DNA of 64,000 bases. Origin: the human T2T-CHM13v2.0 reference genome, Homo sapiens. The DNA is taken from assembly GCF_009914755.1 (NCBI RefSeq), contig NC_060930.1; one strand, 5' to 3'. The position numbers and the translations under genes are program-made. Shown here in pieces: positions 16,847 to 31,230 of this stretch. The notes beneath the pieces were generated by a model. That model saw nothing but the letters and a program-made list of their open reading frames with translations, was not told the DNA's origin and did not search any database. The first letter of the stretch is position 1. Each line of letters begins with the position of its first letter.

Positions 16847-18769
16847 ATGCTATACATGTCAGCTGCTCACTGCTGCCTCCCTACTAAATTGCCAGCTTCC
16901 GGACACGGATTTCATTTACACCTAACTCACCTGGCTGTCCCTAGCATAAAGCAGAGTAATTGGTACAAAAAAGGAAATTTGTACTTTTTTGGTTTTAGCT
17001 TTTAGAAAGGGAGCTAATGGTTGAAATAAAAATCTAATGAAGGTTTATCAAAATGTCATTCACAATAAATATGTATGGTATGTTTATCTGTATATGTGTG
17101 TATATACACTTATGTATCTCTATAGCCTGTATACTTACAACGCAAACTGAAAGACTACAATATTCTCCTGTGTTTAAGAAGTTTTGTGAATTGTGTTTTG
17201 GGGTGAGTGCCATTCTGGATTAAGAACTGAAGCTGGTGTGTTTCTTGTTTGCTTCATTTCCCGATGCAGAGCACCTTGAAGATGGAAAGAACCTTGAGTC
17301 AACAGATAACTTACTAATTTACGTAGGACCCCACTAACCAGCACAGAGATGGGGGCACACTCCCTATTTTAGGTGATATGTGAAAACTTTCTGTGCAAAC
17401 ACAAACAGCTCCCATCAGAGGCCAATATTATATAGCCACTATGGGGAGGTAAACTCAACCAAGAGAAGCCGAATTCCTGTTTTTACCCTGAAGAGTAACT
17501 ATTCAGTGGTTTGCTGAATACATCAGGGCATGAGTGTTTCTGGCTAAATAATACCTGCATGGAATTACATGTTGCAATTTTAGGAATAACGGAATTAGGT
17601 AAATAGGAAAAACAAATTATACATTAAAAAAGTTTACTGAATAGCTGATTAATTACTATGCAGCCAATTTTATTCACATCTTACAGGTGCGCTTCTCACT
17701 GGACAATTAACACCTGACCATGGCTGTCCACAGAGGAAATTGCAAACTGGTCCATAGATATGTTTTGTTTGGTCTACGTCAAAAAAAAAAAAGCTATAGA
17801 CAATTTTGTGAACACTGGGAAATGTCACATAGAAACCCAGATTTACAGCTTCATTTGACAAGAACAAAAAAATGACAAAAATCAGAAGCTCTGGAAACTT
17901 CACATCCACAATCAGCAGAAACCAGACAACACATGGCTTTGGGTTTGCCACAGTCTCCACCACTCCCTACTGTCACGCCCCCACACTGCAACTTCTGACA
18001 TTGCCTCCTGGCCCCTATAGGCAACCGTGTTTGCAATTCCTGTTACAAGTCTCAGTGTGATTCCTGTTACAAGTCTCAGGGCCATTCCTGGTCTTTGGTG
18101 TTCACTTCTGCAGTGTCTTTTTTATTCTGGACTCTCATGGGTTTTGCCAAAAGTACAGGTTCAAATTCCATCTACACTGATTCAACGTTCACAACGCCCA
18201 CCTACTAAGACAAAAGAGCTTTTTGCTTTGAAATGCAACATGTTTGTGACTCAGTATTGCTCTTTTCTGATTTTTCTTTCCCTCACTTCTCATCTCCATG
18301 CTTTGTTCAAAGCCAAAACCTGAGTGCTAAGTGAGGAAGCTCAACTATTTTCTCGCAATGGAGGGGAGGGGGTTACATTCTGCTCCCCTATTCGAGTCAG
18401 GTCTGGAAATTCCACATGAAAGCTAAACAGGTCCTTTCGGACCCATGAAACATGCCCCTTCTGTGTGTTCCTGGGCTGAGCACTCACAGGGACAGAACGG
18501 AAGGATGCCCTGGGCCTGGGGTTTAACAGGTGGCTAAGAGCCCGAGGGGATACCAGCTTTAACTCTTCCCTGCCTATTCTGCAGAAAGGACACTTACAAG
18601 CCAAGGTTCATTACTCATCTACTTAAATATGTCACCACTGTCCTTACTGGAAACATTGTCTTTCTTAATCAGTTATTATGTATTAGCAAAAAACTGTGGA
18701 CAGGCATTATGAGGAAGAGTCTGGCTTATGTCACCTATTTCCATAGAGTCCACATGAGTGGTGTAGACC

Positions 18770-18920
18770 CCTGATTCTCCCATTTTATCCTGTACCAGAA
18801 TTCCCTGAGGAGTCTGTTAGCTTCCTGGATCCCACCCCCAGAGTTTCTGATTCTGCAGGTCTGGGGTGAGGCCCAGGAATTTACATGTCTATGTTCCCAG
18901 GTGAGGCTGGTGTTGAAGAA
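18770..18920. mobile_element. MER5-like hAT DNA transposon remnant
   Basis: CCCACCCCCAGAGTTTCTGATTCTGCAGGTCTGGGGTGAGGCCCAGGAATTT motif. Confidence 0.7.
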
Positions 18921-19074
18921 GTGAGTTCAAGAACAATGGTGACAGGATGTTGAGACGCCCCGCATGTATGTGCCTGGGAAACGGTCTCTTGAAAAGCTTG
19001 GTTTAAACACTCATTAAGTTTCTCTATTCCACGGTGCCAATCTCTACCGGGTTTTTTTTATGTGGGGGGTTCTT

Positions 19075-19196
19075 TTGGTAGACACAGGGTCTCACTATGT
19101 TGCCCAAGTTGATCTCGAACTCCTGGGCTCAAGCCATCCTCCTGTCTCAGCCTCCCGAAGTGCTGGGATCATAGGCGTGAGCCACTATGCCCGGCC
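19075..19196 (-). mobile_element. Alu monomer (FLAM-like)
   Basis: Single left-arm Alu consensus. Confidence 0.85.
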
Positions 19197-19681
19197 TGTC
19201 CATCTCTGATTTGATCCAAGTAAGAATGAAGAATTTCTCCAGCTCCAGGAAGGGTTTTTCTTTAATCAGCTTTATGTAAAATTCTTCAAATTGGCCTGGG
19301 GTGCTTAGAATCAAACCACTTCAAACCATGTGTCTCCAGGCATCTTAATAGCAAAGAGTATTTATGTTTTTTTAAATACTTATTAGTAACAATTTAAGGC
19401 TTTAGTGTACAGAGTCGTTTCCTAAATGCCACCCACAGTTGTGTCATCTGCTCATGGTTAGTTTAAGACTCCAGTTGGAATCTCTGTTAAGATGGTGCTG
19501 ACAACTTTAACAGGTGTTACATGAAGTCTGATCCACCCTACATATTAAGCTAGTTTTCCTCTATTTCAAAGATCATATTCCAACTAGTATTTTGACTTGA
19601 TTCTCCTGAAGACAATGTAATATAAAATTACTGTGAGAACATGCAAAATTGTTCAATTAATGCATATGTAAGTAAAATTAG

Positions 19682-19683
<2 letters not shown>

Positions 19684-19714
<31 letters not shown>
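19684..19714. repeat. (CA)n microsatellite
   Basis: About 15 perfect CA units. Confidence 0.95.
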
Positions 19715-19715
<1 letters not shown>

Positions 19716-20649
19716 CCACTCCCAATCCCAAAGCACTGAATTTCCCCTTTCCACAAATCTCTGAAAATAGGAAATAGAATGCTTCCTTTCACTAAAAGGT
19801 TATCCTCAGGAAAGCATGATTCAGATTATCATAATCGCCGCCTTTTCTGATAGAAAGCACGTAGGGGTTTTCCTCTGATGGAGCTGACAGACTGTCTCCT
19901 TTTGGGGGACTCACAGCTGGGTGTGAGCAAGGGGTTAAGGCTTCCAGGTTATTTTATTATCAGCCTCCCTCCTTAAGTTCCCTCTCCCACTCCCTCCCCT
20001 CTATGGAGAAGTGATATATTATGTGTTTAAAACTGCCCAGCTCTTGTTGAAAATTTCTCAAAATGCCATCTATTCCACCAAAAGTATGGGAGCTATAGTT
20101 TCTAAAGCAAACATTAGGATAGTCTTTCAGTAGGGCAAAATATTTTAAGTCAGATACACCAGTTTCTTTACTCAAATACTTTAAAAGTTTTCACATAGAA
20201 AGCTTTCTAATTTCTACATCTTATTGATTCGCATTCTAAGGAACTGCTTTGCTTTAATAAACAACCATATTTGCCCTTCTGATCCCAGGTTTAAAAATGT
20301 TCAATCAGCCATTTGATGTCAAAGAAAACAAAGTAGGCTAAGTCCAATTTCACAAAAACTCTATTCATAGATGAATAAACAGCTTCAGAAACTAGCCGCA
20401 GCAAAAAGTGCCAGAAAATAACAATGATGTGAACAAGGCAGAAAGACAGAGGGCGCTCTCTATTCTAAATGACCATCATACTTGGCCAGAGAGGAGCCAG
20501 GGGCAGAGGAGAGCATCTACCTTAGCCCTGGCAGGAGGGGAAAGAATGAGCAGACATCCCAACTTCAAATATAATGTTTACATTACTGAGATTGGAAGCT
20601 GTCAATGACCCAACTGTAACTAGAACTTGGCTTCACAAAGGCTGAAACT

Positions 20650-21270
20650 GCCAACACCTGAATCCAAGACACCATCGCCTCCAGAATACTGCAATGCCTT
20701 CCAGCTGGATTTCCTGAATTCATTTCTGCTCAAAAACCCTGACTGATCTTTCAACACACAGATCAAATACTGTCACTCTCTGCTTTCCACCGTAACTATT
20801 AAAAAATAAAAATAAAAAATTGCACCTCCCTGACCACGACTTGTAAGAACCTACATGATCTGGCCTCTGTGTGTCTCTCTCACCTGCTCTTCACCCATCA
20901 CCCCCACCCTCGCTCTCATGACCCCACCACAACTTCCTTTTCTCAAACTCTCCAAGCCGGTTCGCACCTCAGGGCCTTTGCATGAGTTATTCCCTCTCCT
21001 ACAATGCCCTTCTCCCTAATTTTCTGATGGCTGGTTCCTTCCTACCATTCATGCCTAAATGTCACCTCTGAAAGGCTTCTCTGATGACGTCATCCAAAGG
21101 AGTCCCCCACCCAGTCCCTCTCCTTCACCTCTCTGCTTTATTTTCTGATTTATGCTTATCAGTAGAAATTTTCTTATCATCTGTTTTGTGGTTGGTGGTG
21201 GCGTTTGTCACCCACACATCTACCACACTAAAGCCGGGACTATGGATTCCCAGCACTTAGAACAATACCT
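20650..21270 (+). mobile_element. L2 LINE remnant
   Basis: L2-like motifs CACCTCAGGGCCTTTGCA and CCCAGCACTTAGAACAATACCT. Confidence 0.65.
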
Positions 21271-21482
21271 AAAACCGAGAAGATTCCCCTAAGAACAGGG
21301 GGAAAGCATCCAAGGAAACAATGAGAAGACCGAAGACGGACTTGATTTAACTTACCTCCTGTATAACAACAAAAGGGTGAATGGAATTGTCATAAATTAT
21401 TAATAAGCACATGAAGGGTGACAATCAGCCACAACAATATTAAACATTTAAATAAAAATATCCCAATTACACCACCAGTTAA

Positions 21483-21940
<458 letters not shown>

Positions 21941-22656
21941 TAGGAAGGAACTAGAAGGCACCACCTGGATAGAGCAGAAACCAGGGACGGGACAGGACCA
22001 CAGAACAGAAGCCTGTGAGGCCTGGTCCCAGCTCCTCACCTCTGGACCTTGGACAATTCATTTCACTTCCAAAAGCCTCCTCCATGCTGCTCATCTGCAG
22101 TGGAAACTGCCTTCCTGTGCATCTCCAGGCTTCAGAAGAGTCAAATGAGAACAAATGCAGAAGTGCCCTCAGAGCTCATGAAAATAACATCTGATTTTTT
22201 CACTTAAAGCTTACATAATGGGTAAGCCAGTGATGACACGCCAGAAATAGCATAAATGAGAGGAAAGAGAGAAAGCAAGGCAAGAACGCTCAGGTCCGGG
22301 AGCTAGAAGACAACACGCTGGGTGAAAAGAGAGGCAGTGACACAGGCATGGGGACACAGACAGGAGGGCCCCTCTCGCTTCCTCACAATAAGGGGAATGC
22401 ACGAAGGAGCCGGAGCAGGAGTTGTCACTTGCCAATCTCCATGGATAAAGGATGGAGCTACCCCAGTCTCAGCGCAACTCATATATTTGTGCCAAGTTTT
22501 TAGAACTGCCATGGTTATTTATTCCTGAAATGACATTTGGTGTCATTTCCCATCAACAATAAAATCTCCACCAAAAGTCAGTTAAGTGTGGTAAACCCCG
22601 TGTGGTCACCAACTATAGGATAGTGTGACTAGCCAAAAGCCCATCTCATCCTCCTA

Positions 22657-23082
<426 letters not shown>

Positions 23083-23374
23083 GGCTGTTATAAGAACTCT
23101 TCAAGGAATAAGGAAGAAATCTCAAGGGAAATGTCTCACTTATTTTGCTAAGAATTGCCTGATGCTGTTGCTAGGTGGTGCTTATAAATATAAGCACACA
23201 CCGTAAGACTGGTTTTTTACTTTAATTAGTGGCAAAGACAAGCCTTCTCAAATTAAGTGTCATCATTCCAGAATGTAAATAAAACAGCTGGAGTACATAC
23301 CAGACCAGATAGCCCAATACTACAATAGCAGGACTCTAGCAAAGTTTGAAAACACATTTGCAGCTACGTGCTAG

Positions 23375-23515
23375 AACAGTGCTTCTCTAATTGTGATGGG
23401 TGCACGAATCGCCAGGGGATCTTATTAAAATGCAGATTCTGATTCGGCAGGCCCAAGCTTCTGCATCTCTAACAAGCTCCCAGGTGATGCTGAAGTTGCT
23501 GGTCACAGACCAGGT
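23375..23515. mobile_element. MER5-like DNA transposon remnant
   Basis: CAGTGCTTCTC ... AAAATGCAGATTCTGATTC ... TCTAACAAGCTCCCAGGTGATGCTGA. Confidence 0.75.
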
Positions 23516-24151
23516 ACCAGACAGGGGCCAACAGTTGACAGCAAAAACCATCCTATGCCATGCTCACTGCAAGCCCAGGTACTATTTTTTAAAAGTGAGG
23601 AAATATGGCTCAAACTAATTTACCCAAGGAAAGCTCACGAAATTTGCAAGAGGCATTTATCACTCCGCTAATCAAGAACCTTCCTGATCAGCTGCAAGTT
23701 CTGCCCCGGATCCTCTGACCAGCTGGTAAACGGCAGAGAAATCTCTTTGACACTGACAGGTGCCCCTGGATGATAAGAATACACCTTATGAAAGACTTCA
23801 CTGCTCAGAGAAAACAGTTTGTGTCCTGGAGCTATAGGAAAAAGGAAGAGAGAAAGCAATAAAAACAAGGAGTAGAAATGTATGGAGAGCTTACATAAGA
23901 TCACACAGTCAAAAGCAGAACTGGGATACAAACTGAGTCCGGCTCCAGAGCCCATGCTCTGAACCATTCAGCTCCACCCCCTGGTACAAGTAATCAAAGT
24001 GACAAAGTGATGGAGTACAGGAGAGCCCCAAGGAGACCACAACTACTAATTAGGGGACCCTGAGCAAATTCTCTCTCTGCTTCAGTTTCTTTAATATGGG
24101 CTGGAAATTATTCAAACACCTCACTGGGTTTTCTAAGGATGAAATCAAAGA

Positions 24152-24285
24152 GGCTGGACAGGTGCAATGTCTCACATTTGTAATCCCAGCACTCTGGGAG
24201 GCCGAGGTGGGAGGATCACTTGAGCTCAGGACAAGATCAGCCTGGGCAACAGAGTGAGACCCCATCTCTGTATTAAAAAATAATA
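24152..24285 (+). mobile_element. Alu monomer (FLAM-like) within a MIR
   Basis: Single Alu arm with A tail; MIR-like flanks at about 24055-24150 and 24300-24370. Confidence 0.8.
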
Positions 24286-24883
24286 AGTAAAGAAGTTTTA
24301 TAATGAGAGAGCCTAAATAAACACTTAGAACAGCGTCTGCCAAGATAATAAGTGCATCAATCAATGTTTTTCTGTTATTAAGAGAATTTTATCACTGGAG
24401 TGCAGGAGAGTGAATGGAACCAAGGAGAGGGTGGAATGAAGAGCTTTTCTGAACTATGGCCAAATGGTAGACCTACGGCTGCTAAAACAAAAAGGCCTCC
24501 CTTTCCCAGGGACCACAGAGACTAAAAGAGAAGGTATAACCTAAACTGGAATCAAGGTAACAGAAAGAACTGCCTCTGTCTGGACGGTGGCAGGAAGGGC
24601 CTAACAGTGCAAGGTAGTACATTGCAGTTGACCTGTGATGTATCAGATCTCTATAGTTAACTTGGAAATTCCAGACTTTCCATGGCCAAATAGTCAAGCA
24701 CCTTAAGACTGCTATGTGTCATAAACAAATAGACACGACAGGGAAAGAGCAAGTCCCGTGGCTTAGACCTTGAGCAAGAAAGCCCCCTTTTCTCTTGGTT
24801 GGTGATGGGGACTGCTACCAACACTAGCAGCACCAGAAGCTGGCCAGAGAGACTTCTGTCCTGGGACCAAAGGTGGGTTTTAG

Positions 24884-25226
<343 letters not shown>

Positions 25227-25574
25227 AACTACACAATTGTTGAGAGCCTACCCACTCGAGGCTGATCAACAGCCAAGGCTAGGACAGTTCTGCTGGGACA
25301 ACCAGTCCCACGTCTTCCTCGTCGAAGGCACTCCCCAGTGGCCTTTTTAAAGCAGAAAAACGACTTGTGGTAGCTGCATTTGACAATGAAATTTCTCATA
25401 TTTAAATCAAGCTTAGAGAAAAGGACCTCATATAAGTTCAGATTTTGACCTAAGAAGGTTGGACAGGAATGAAGATATAATGCTTTTTCTAAAACAGGGC
25501 TGGATATAAGTAGGGAATGTGGCACATGTGTACTCTGAGAACTGAGCTATGAAAATCAGTGCATGTAAATCCCT

Positions 25575-26200
25575 GTTGCCTGCCTACCAATATCTATTCT
25601 CCCCTTTTTCCTTTCTGACCAAACTCCAAGTTTTTTTCAGGGCCACAATGTACCAAACTTAAAAAAAAAGAAAGGAAGGGAAAAAGCAAAAAAGGAAGAA
25701 GAAATGAAAAGGAAAAGAAAGGAAAAGAGAGGAAAGGGGAGGAAGGAGGTAGTGAGGGAGGGAGGAAAGAGAAAGAAGAAAAGAAACAAAAGAAGGAAAA
25801 AGAAAGAAATTACAGCAACCAGCCTTCCCTGCTGCATGAGGTGGCCATGTGACATTTCTGGCACCTGAGATGTAAACCAGGTCACTTGACAGTTTTTCAA
25901 AGAACTCTTTAAAGGGGAAGACTTGGCTGCTACCTGTCTTCTGTCTTCCATGAGACTCCCTTCTGCCTGGAATAGGAAGACAATCATGCAGGAGCCGCCA
26001 CCTTGCACTGAAGCATTAAGTATGAAAATGAACACCATGTGCCAGGCCATACCCTACGCCATGTGCTACGAATGGCTGAACAAGATGGCAGCGCCATGGA
26101 ACCCCAATTTGGTTAACCCACTGGGTTTTCTGTTATGTGCGGCTAACCCTACACGTTGTAAAAGATCATTTGCTTTGCAAAGGCCTTTACTGAACTGACT
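25575..26200. mobile_element. Old MLT1-type MaLR LTR with an internal GA-rich low-complexity tract (25660-25810)
   Basis: GAGGTGGCCATGTGACATTTCTGGC and CCCTTCTGCCTGGAA motifs. Confidence 0.55.
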
Positions 26201-26449
26201 GGCAAGGCACCATGAACTAGGAATTAATTTGACTTACAAATAACTTTCTGACATGAACTAAAGATAGAGAATAACACAGACATATACTGGATGAGACTCC
26301 TCCGCTACCATATGCTATTCAGACCGAATCCTGAAGTTCTATTCATAAATGTAAAGATTGTCGGTGTGGTCTAGATGTGGCCTTGGGAAGAAACTCCTGA
26401 GAAAATGGAGTGGAGTGAAGCCAAACCACCTGCTCTGCTGGGTGACATC

Positions 26450-26590
26450 GGTCAATCTGTGTGTGACTCGGTTTCCTCAACTGCAAAATGGAAATAACTG
26501 TTCCTACCTCAAAGGTGGTGGTGCCTATTAAATGAGCTGATATTTGTACAATGCTTAGACATGTGCCTGACACACTGCTTAATAATTACT
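26450..26590 (+). mobile_element. MIR SINE
   Basis: CTCGGTTTCCTCAACTGCAAAATGGAAATAA ... ATTAAATGAG core. Confidence 0.8.
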
Positions 26591-27550
26591 GAGGATCCAC
26601 TAACATTACGGTAAAATTGGTGACAGTGTAGCTAAACATTAATAATAAAAGCCAGACAGGTTAATTCATTCTGTAGACAAGAACTTCTTTCCTAAGGCAC
26701 ACATCTGTCAAATAACAAGGAGGTGAGATCCAGCTGTCGACTGTGGCCAGGTTTAGACAGTTTTAAATCTAAGGCCTTCTATGGTTCTCATAATCGCCCT
26801 ACCCAGATTCATGCAATACCAAGAGTAGCAAAGTCTACATGAAGAGCTGCTTATCAGTAGCATGTATTTATAAAATAAAGGTTGGGTAAAGAGATTAGCA
26901 AAGAGCACTAAAAATAGTCCTATAAGCAGACGAGCTTTTGTAAGTCGATAGTTCATTAAAAAGTCAATACTTGAGCATCATTATTATGAGAAATATTCAA
27001 GTAATGGGTCACGCAACTTGGAAGATTGCAGCCTCTTATCATCTTAGCCATCTTTTTTAGATTCGAACACAGAACGTATCCAGGTCTTTCTACTAAGCTG
27101 TATTTCAGGGTCCAAAAGGGCACAGGCATTTTGTATAACGTAGTCAAGTGCCAACCACAGGTATGTAACCTAGTAAGTATCGTAGGTATTGAGCCAGCCA
27201 TAGATGTTCTTTCAGGTCAGGAGAAAACTTTTCCTAGATGAAAGTAACTCAACTAACTGATAACGTCAAGGCAACTGGCTAACAAAAACGTTTTAATCTA
27301 CTTTCCCTTTTAAATACTCAACAAACATAACAGGATGTGATTTTACGCTTCTCCTTTTCCAATCCCAAGAGGGACAAAAACAACAACAACAACAACAACA
27401 AAACCAGACACAAATCTTGAGGGTGTGAAGATCTCACTCCATAATCTTCCTGTGCGCCTGTTACCATTTTTCTGATTGTACATTATCAACTAAGCTGGCA
27501 GAGGCTCAGAAAAGCCAGGGTGATAAGATGTAACCCTTTCTTTCTGCTAC

Positions 27551-27880
27551 AGCAGAACTGTCCAATAGAAATATAATGGAAGCCACAAATGTGAGCCCTG
27601 TGTTATTTTAGATTTTCTAGGAGACATATGTAAGAAGGTAAAAATAAACAGGTGAAGCTTATTTTAGTAATATATTTTATTTAACCTAACGTATCAAAAT
27701 ACTATCATTTCCACATGTAATAAAAAGTATTAAGATATTTCATGTTCTTTTTTTTCATACCAAGTCTTCAAATGCCATGTGTATTTTAGACTTACAGCAC
27801 ATTGCAATTCTAACCAGCCACATTTCAAGGGCTGCAGAGCCACAAGTGGTACTGGTTACTAAGTTGGACAGAGCGGCTCT
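27551..27880 (+). mobile_element. MER33-like hAT-Charlie element
   Basis: Terminal inverted repeats CTGTCCAA ... TTGGACAG; internal TAGAAATATAATG and GCCACATTTCAAG. Confidence 0.8.
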
Positions 27881-29489
27881 AGAAGTCAACAGTAGCTGAA
27901 ATTTGCAGTGTCTCAAGTTGGCTCTATGAGGGACATACAGATAAAATACATATCAACTCAGTTTCAGGAAGCTGCCAGCCTAGGGAATTTGGCAGCATCT
28001 TGAATGGAGGAACACACCTCATTTCAAGCTAGCGTGGGCATGGATGGCTTTTAAGCTCATGCTTCCTACCAAGTACTGGCAATGCCACTTACTCTTTACC
28101 AAGGGAAACCTAGTCACCAAGGCAGAAGCATGTGTTGTTTTTAGCTTCATTTTATATAGGAGTCCAGGAAATTCTGCTCACTTGACAAACCCGTTCTCAA
28201 GGAGTTCTCCCAGAGGAGCAGGAAATGGTCAGACATACCCACTGACACACCCCACACACCTCGGACATCCTATTCCACGTGGTCTATGTGTAAGTCACAG
28301 GCGTGAGAAATGAGATGTAGCGGTGATCAGTTTTCATTATGCTGCAGCCATGGGTGGGACGGTTTGAAAGACGACCTGGTCTTACCAGTATTACCTACCT
28401 CACAGGCTTACTGTGATGACCAAGGACAATAACAGAGAGAGCTCTTAGCAAACTGTAAAGCGCTACACAATTCTAGTTATTACTGAGAAAGAACACCATT
28501 CCTCACCTGGAAGAGCAGATAGAAAAACAAATAGTAACTTGAAACAGAGATGTCGTTGGGGGTGGGGGGAAACCATGAAAATACAGATTGTTCTTGGTGG
28601 ACTTTGTTCTCTTGAAAGTACAGAAAAGGGTTGAGTAAACTCTAGTACCTTTCCCTCGAAATCGTAGGAGACATTGAAAAGTAAGCGAGCCAGCTAGGAG
28701 GACAAGCTTCTACCTCTGCTCATTCCCCCCACCACCCCCCCACCGCCCCAGCCCCACTGCCTTCCTCATCCCAAATATTGTATGAATCAAGACAGTGGTT
28801 CCAAACAATTATATTTCTCCTTCCCAGTGCTTACATGTGGCCTGAAAATGCAGCGCCACCGGGGATACTGGCGCCTCCCGGAGCAAAAGTCACTGCCTCC
28901 CGGGGAGTCCTGGCTCGAGGTTTCTCCCTGGCGCAAATGCTATGGTGTTGGCTTTTGCGCGGCCCTCTCGCCTTCTCCAACAAAAACAGACAGGCTCGGC
29001 GGACCCGCCGGAGTCTCCCTCTACCTGTCCGACAGCCCTGTCACGCCTGCGGACGGCTCTGGGCAGGCGGCATGGACGAGGTCCCGCGGGAGTCACCCAC
29101 ACAAAGGCGCCTTGTGCCTCTGCACTCGGGCCCCCGGGTCGCCGGGCACCGCACCGGGGCCAGGCAGGGAGAGCGCCCCCCGGCCCGAGTGCCGAGTCCC
29201 GAGATCGGCATCCCCAGCCCTCAACCGCCACAGAAAGGCCACCCCTACTCCCTGGTTTAAAGATAGGGCTCCCCTCGGCTTGCCACAATCCGCACCCTGG
29301 AAAGGAAGAGCTCGGAGCAGGTACGAGAGATAGGAGCGCACAGGCCACTCGGCAGAAGTTTGCATTGTCACCGGGCTGTGCCCTCACCGCTTCTCGCCGG
29401 GAGGAAGGGCCAAGTACCCTCTTCCCCAGCTCCTCGTCCGCCCCATCCCCGAGGCTGGAGGACTCCGGACCCCCCCAAGGCCCGCGCAC

Positions 29490-29541
29490 CTCTAGTCCAG
29501 TCCACCACTTGTTTGGGGCTCCACTTGGTCACGGGTTCCAT
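29490..29541 (-). CDS. CNKSR3: CNKSR3 first coding exon (start of SAM domain), 52 coding nt, phase-1 donor
   Basis: Minus strand ACC-ATG-G (strong Kozak) encodes MEPVTKWSPKQVVDWTR plus one G, matching the CNKSR3 N-terminus as I recall it (continuing GLDDCLQQY in exon 2). Donor AG|GTGCGC starts at 29489. It lies in a CpG island. Confidence 0.95.
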
Positions 29542-30115
29542 GGTAAACCGCTTCGCCTCTCGCTGGGCTGGAGAGTCGCAGATAAAGTGCTGCTGCCTGC
29601 GCTCCGGTGCCCCTTCCCGGGAGGGCGCGCCCGCGGCTGCTCCCCTGCGCCCGAGCGACTCCGTCAAGACTGCATGGCCGCGGTCAGCCAGTCGTCCCAG
29701 CGCGGCTCCGCCAGGGGAGCCCGGCCCTCTCCCTCCAGCTGCCACAGTCCAGCTGCAGCTCCTCCTTCCCCCGCCGCCGCCGGGATCCCGGGCACAGCTG
29801 CTGCTCCCGAGCGACGGCAGCTGCAGGCACGCCGGGCTGCGACCCCAGACCCCTGGCCTCGGCTCGGCACGGGAGCCTCCCGGCCCGCGACCACTTCCTC
29901 GGATCTCTCGAGGCGCGATCGGCTCTCCCTCGGCCGGTCTTCTCGCCTGCTGGCTCTCCGGGGTCCCCGCTCCGCGTGCGCTGGCGTCCCGGAGCCTTCC
30001 CGGCGCAGGTCCCACCTCCTGCGCCGCCCTCCCGTGCCGCCCTGGCAGGGCCGAGCGCAGAGCGTGCGCGCTCGGGTTGCAAAGTTTCAGCTCCGGTTGC
30101 TGCAAACCGAATAAA
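29542..30115 (-). other. CNKSR3: CNKSR3 GC-rich 5' UTR (exon 1); upstream boundary approximate
   Basis: Continuous CpG-rich sequence upstream of the ATG, with a pyrimidine-rich initiator-like CTCTTTTATTCG on the minus strand near 30110-30120 directly downstream of GC boxes. Confidence 0.6.
29664..29675 (-). promoter_or_regulatory. Minimal uORF ATG CAG TCT TGA (MQS*) in the CNKSR3 leader
   Basis: The only minus-strand ATG I found between about 30120 and the main ATG; context GCC-ATG-C. Confidence 0.6.
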
Positions 30116-30393
30116 AGAGAGGGCGGGGCCGAGGGTCTAGGGAAACTCGTGGGAGGGGGCGGGTCCGCCCGAAGCGGCGGACTCGGGTTACTTTCCCTCT
30201 CTAAGCCGGTCCGGCTCACACCCGCAGCGTCCCGGGCCCCGCTTTCCTTTTCAAGGGGCGGGTTGTAGATCGCGCGCGCACCCTGGAGAGCCCGCTGGTT
30301 TGTGTGAGGCCCTGGCCCTGTGGGTAGCAGAACACTCTGTCTCGCTGTGAGCAACAATACACTAAAAAAAAAAGAAAAGAAAAAAAAAAGTAA

Positions 30394-30822
<429 letters not shown>

Positions 30823-31137
30823 TAACTCTTTTAATGCTATTGCTATGAAATTTCAACTTTGCGACTAAAATTAGATTGATGGCTTTTAGCGTTATATTTT
30901 GCTATATTATAATTTCATATTTACAGAGTGAGCTAATGCTCCTTGGGATTAGTCATTAACCGTGAGAGGAAAGCTGTTAGCCAAGAAAAAAAAAATAGCT
31001 CGTGCACAATTTCAGCGCCTGGCAGGGGAGGGCCCTTCCACATTCATGGACTGCAACTGGGGCCAGAGTTAATGCTAAACTGGGGGAAAATCTAATTTGA
31101 ATGCCTGCCTCTCCTTCAAGTTCTCCCTGCATCCTAA

Positions 31138-31230
31138 CCGCCCCCCCAACCCCTGCCACCCTCGCCACCACCCCTCCCCTCACCCCCCAACACCCCCCCC
31201 AACCCCCCACCCCCGCCCCGCCCCGCCCAG
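31138..31230. repeat. C-rich tract (G-quadruplex-capable on the minus strand)
   Basis: More than 10 runs of 3 or more C with short spacers. Confidence 0.8.

Larger units (their letters stand above)
28850..30320. promoter_or_regulatory. CpG island / CNKSR3 promoter with Sp/KLF GC boxes
   Basis: Very high GC and CpG density; GGGCGG boxes at about 30121, 30157 and 30256. Confidence 0.9.

Noticed and set aside
18036-18080. ATTCCTGTTACAAGTCTCAG duplicated
   Set aside because: Ordinary short slippage duplication.
28778-30268. Long overlapping ORFs (390, 302, 199, 183, 177 and 160 aa) on both strands
   Set aside because: Expected in a CpG island depleted of stop codons; low-complexity Pro/Arg/Ala/Gly content and no domains. 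Only 29490-29541 matches a known protein.
30329-30343. GRE-like AGAACActcTGTCTC near the promoter
   Set aside because: The second half-site lacks the critical C of TGTnC; too degenerate to call.
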